Origin: Armatimonadota bacterium
Lineage (GTDB): Bacteria; Armatimonadota; Armatimonadia; Armatimonadales; Armatimonadaceae
DNA length: 15,908 nt
Assembly (NCBI GenBank): GCA_043754515.1
Contig: JAYUUO010000064.1
Location: forward strand, 1-15,908
Direction of reading: 5' to 3'
In this document: piece by piece, positions 15,348-15,908 of the stretch
How positions within the stretch are numbered: the first letter of the stretch is position 1
Layout of the letters: every line of letters begins with the position of its first letter
Notes under the pieces: model-generated
Seen by the model: only the letters and a program-made list of their open reading frames with translations
Database searches by the model: none
Told to the model about the DNA's origin: nothing
Position numbers and translations under genes: made by a program

Positions 15348-15908
15348 CCTTATTGCTCTCCTGGCGGGTTTCTTCCAGAGCAAGTTCTGGTATCTTGAAC
15401 TGGTAACGATCCATGAATGCCTGGAAGATCTTCTGGAAAAGTCGTTTTGTATCTTCTACCATTTCCCTGGGTTCGTACAGGGAGTAGTTTCCATGACTGA
15501 GTAGGTTCAAGGCTCTGGCATACAGAACTTCATCGTCCATGCCTTGAAGACAATAGGAAAAATCATCGTGCCCGAAAAAGGTGGCCGTTTTCTCCATAAT
15601 GCTTCGCAGCATGTTGAAGTGACAGGTATAAAGTGGGCCGTCTTTTGCCGCCTTGTGCAGTTCACTCAGCAACGCGACATGATGAAAAAACGGCGTCGCA
15701 TCGGTGGCACGCAATACATACTGTTCGGTTGCCGCACTCTTGTGTAAGAAGTATTTTTTATGCTTCCTTTTTCTGAGTTCATTACATACCACATTGAAAA
15801 ACAGGCCATGATGCGAGGAGATGACCGCTTTTATTTCCGTGGTTTGCCTTAGTAGATCCGCGAGATGACAGGCGACGGCAATAGCATTGTTATCGTCGAG
15901 CGAGGAGA
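15340..15908 (-). CDS. prrC: PrrC-like anticodon nuclease (ABC-ATPase + HEPN), C-terminal part, truncated by the window edge
   Basis: Frame is open to the window end: SSLDDNNAIAVACHLADLL (ABC D-loop), VISSHHGLFFNV (H-loop), TPFFHH, HFNMLRSIMEKTATFFG (R-x3-E), RALNLLSHG (catalytic His region). Linked to hsdM. Confidence 0.85.
   Translation of the reverse strand, partial: SSLDDNNAIAVACHLADLLRQTTEIKAVISSHHGLFFNVVCNELRKRKHKKYFLHKSAATEQYVLRATDATPFFHHVALLSELHKAAKDGPLYTCHFNMLRSIMEKTATFFGHDDFSYCLQGMDDEVLYARALNLLSHGNYSLYEPREMVEDTKRLFQKIFQAFMDRYQFKIPELALEETRQESNKDE

Overview
High-GC bacterial chromosomal window. The PEP-CTERM variant and the multi-PAS/SpoIIE protein suggest an Armatimonadota-like host, which is an inference. 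From left to right it contains: (1) a solo ParB-family gene (-); (2) a divergent, translationally coupled nanE - ROK kinase - DUF4127 operon; (3) about 1 kb of decayed toxin-antitoxin-type genes, where a small gene + HNH nuclease pair (+) meets an RHH antitoxin + MazF/PemK pair (-) and all four carry frameshifts; (4) the core secE-nusG-rplK-rplA cluster, with a terminator-like leader hairpin, an L1 autoregulatory site and a perfect 27-bp-arm palindrome after rplA instead of rplJL; (5) a six-PAS SpoIIE/PP2C phosphatase (-); (6) a PEP-CTERM surface protein (-); (7) a lower-GC defence island running off the right edge, with a PrrC-like anticodon nuclease, a zeta-toxin-like P-loop kinase, a 67-aa ORF and type I hsdM, all overlapping stop-to-start. 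The best candidate for an undescribed system is the kinase/small-protein module nested inside the PrrC-type I RM operon. The nanE-ROK-DUF4127 unit and the secE-nusG leader terminator come next.
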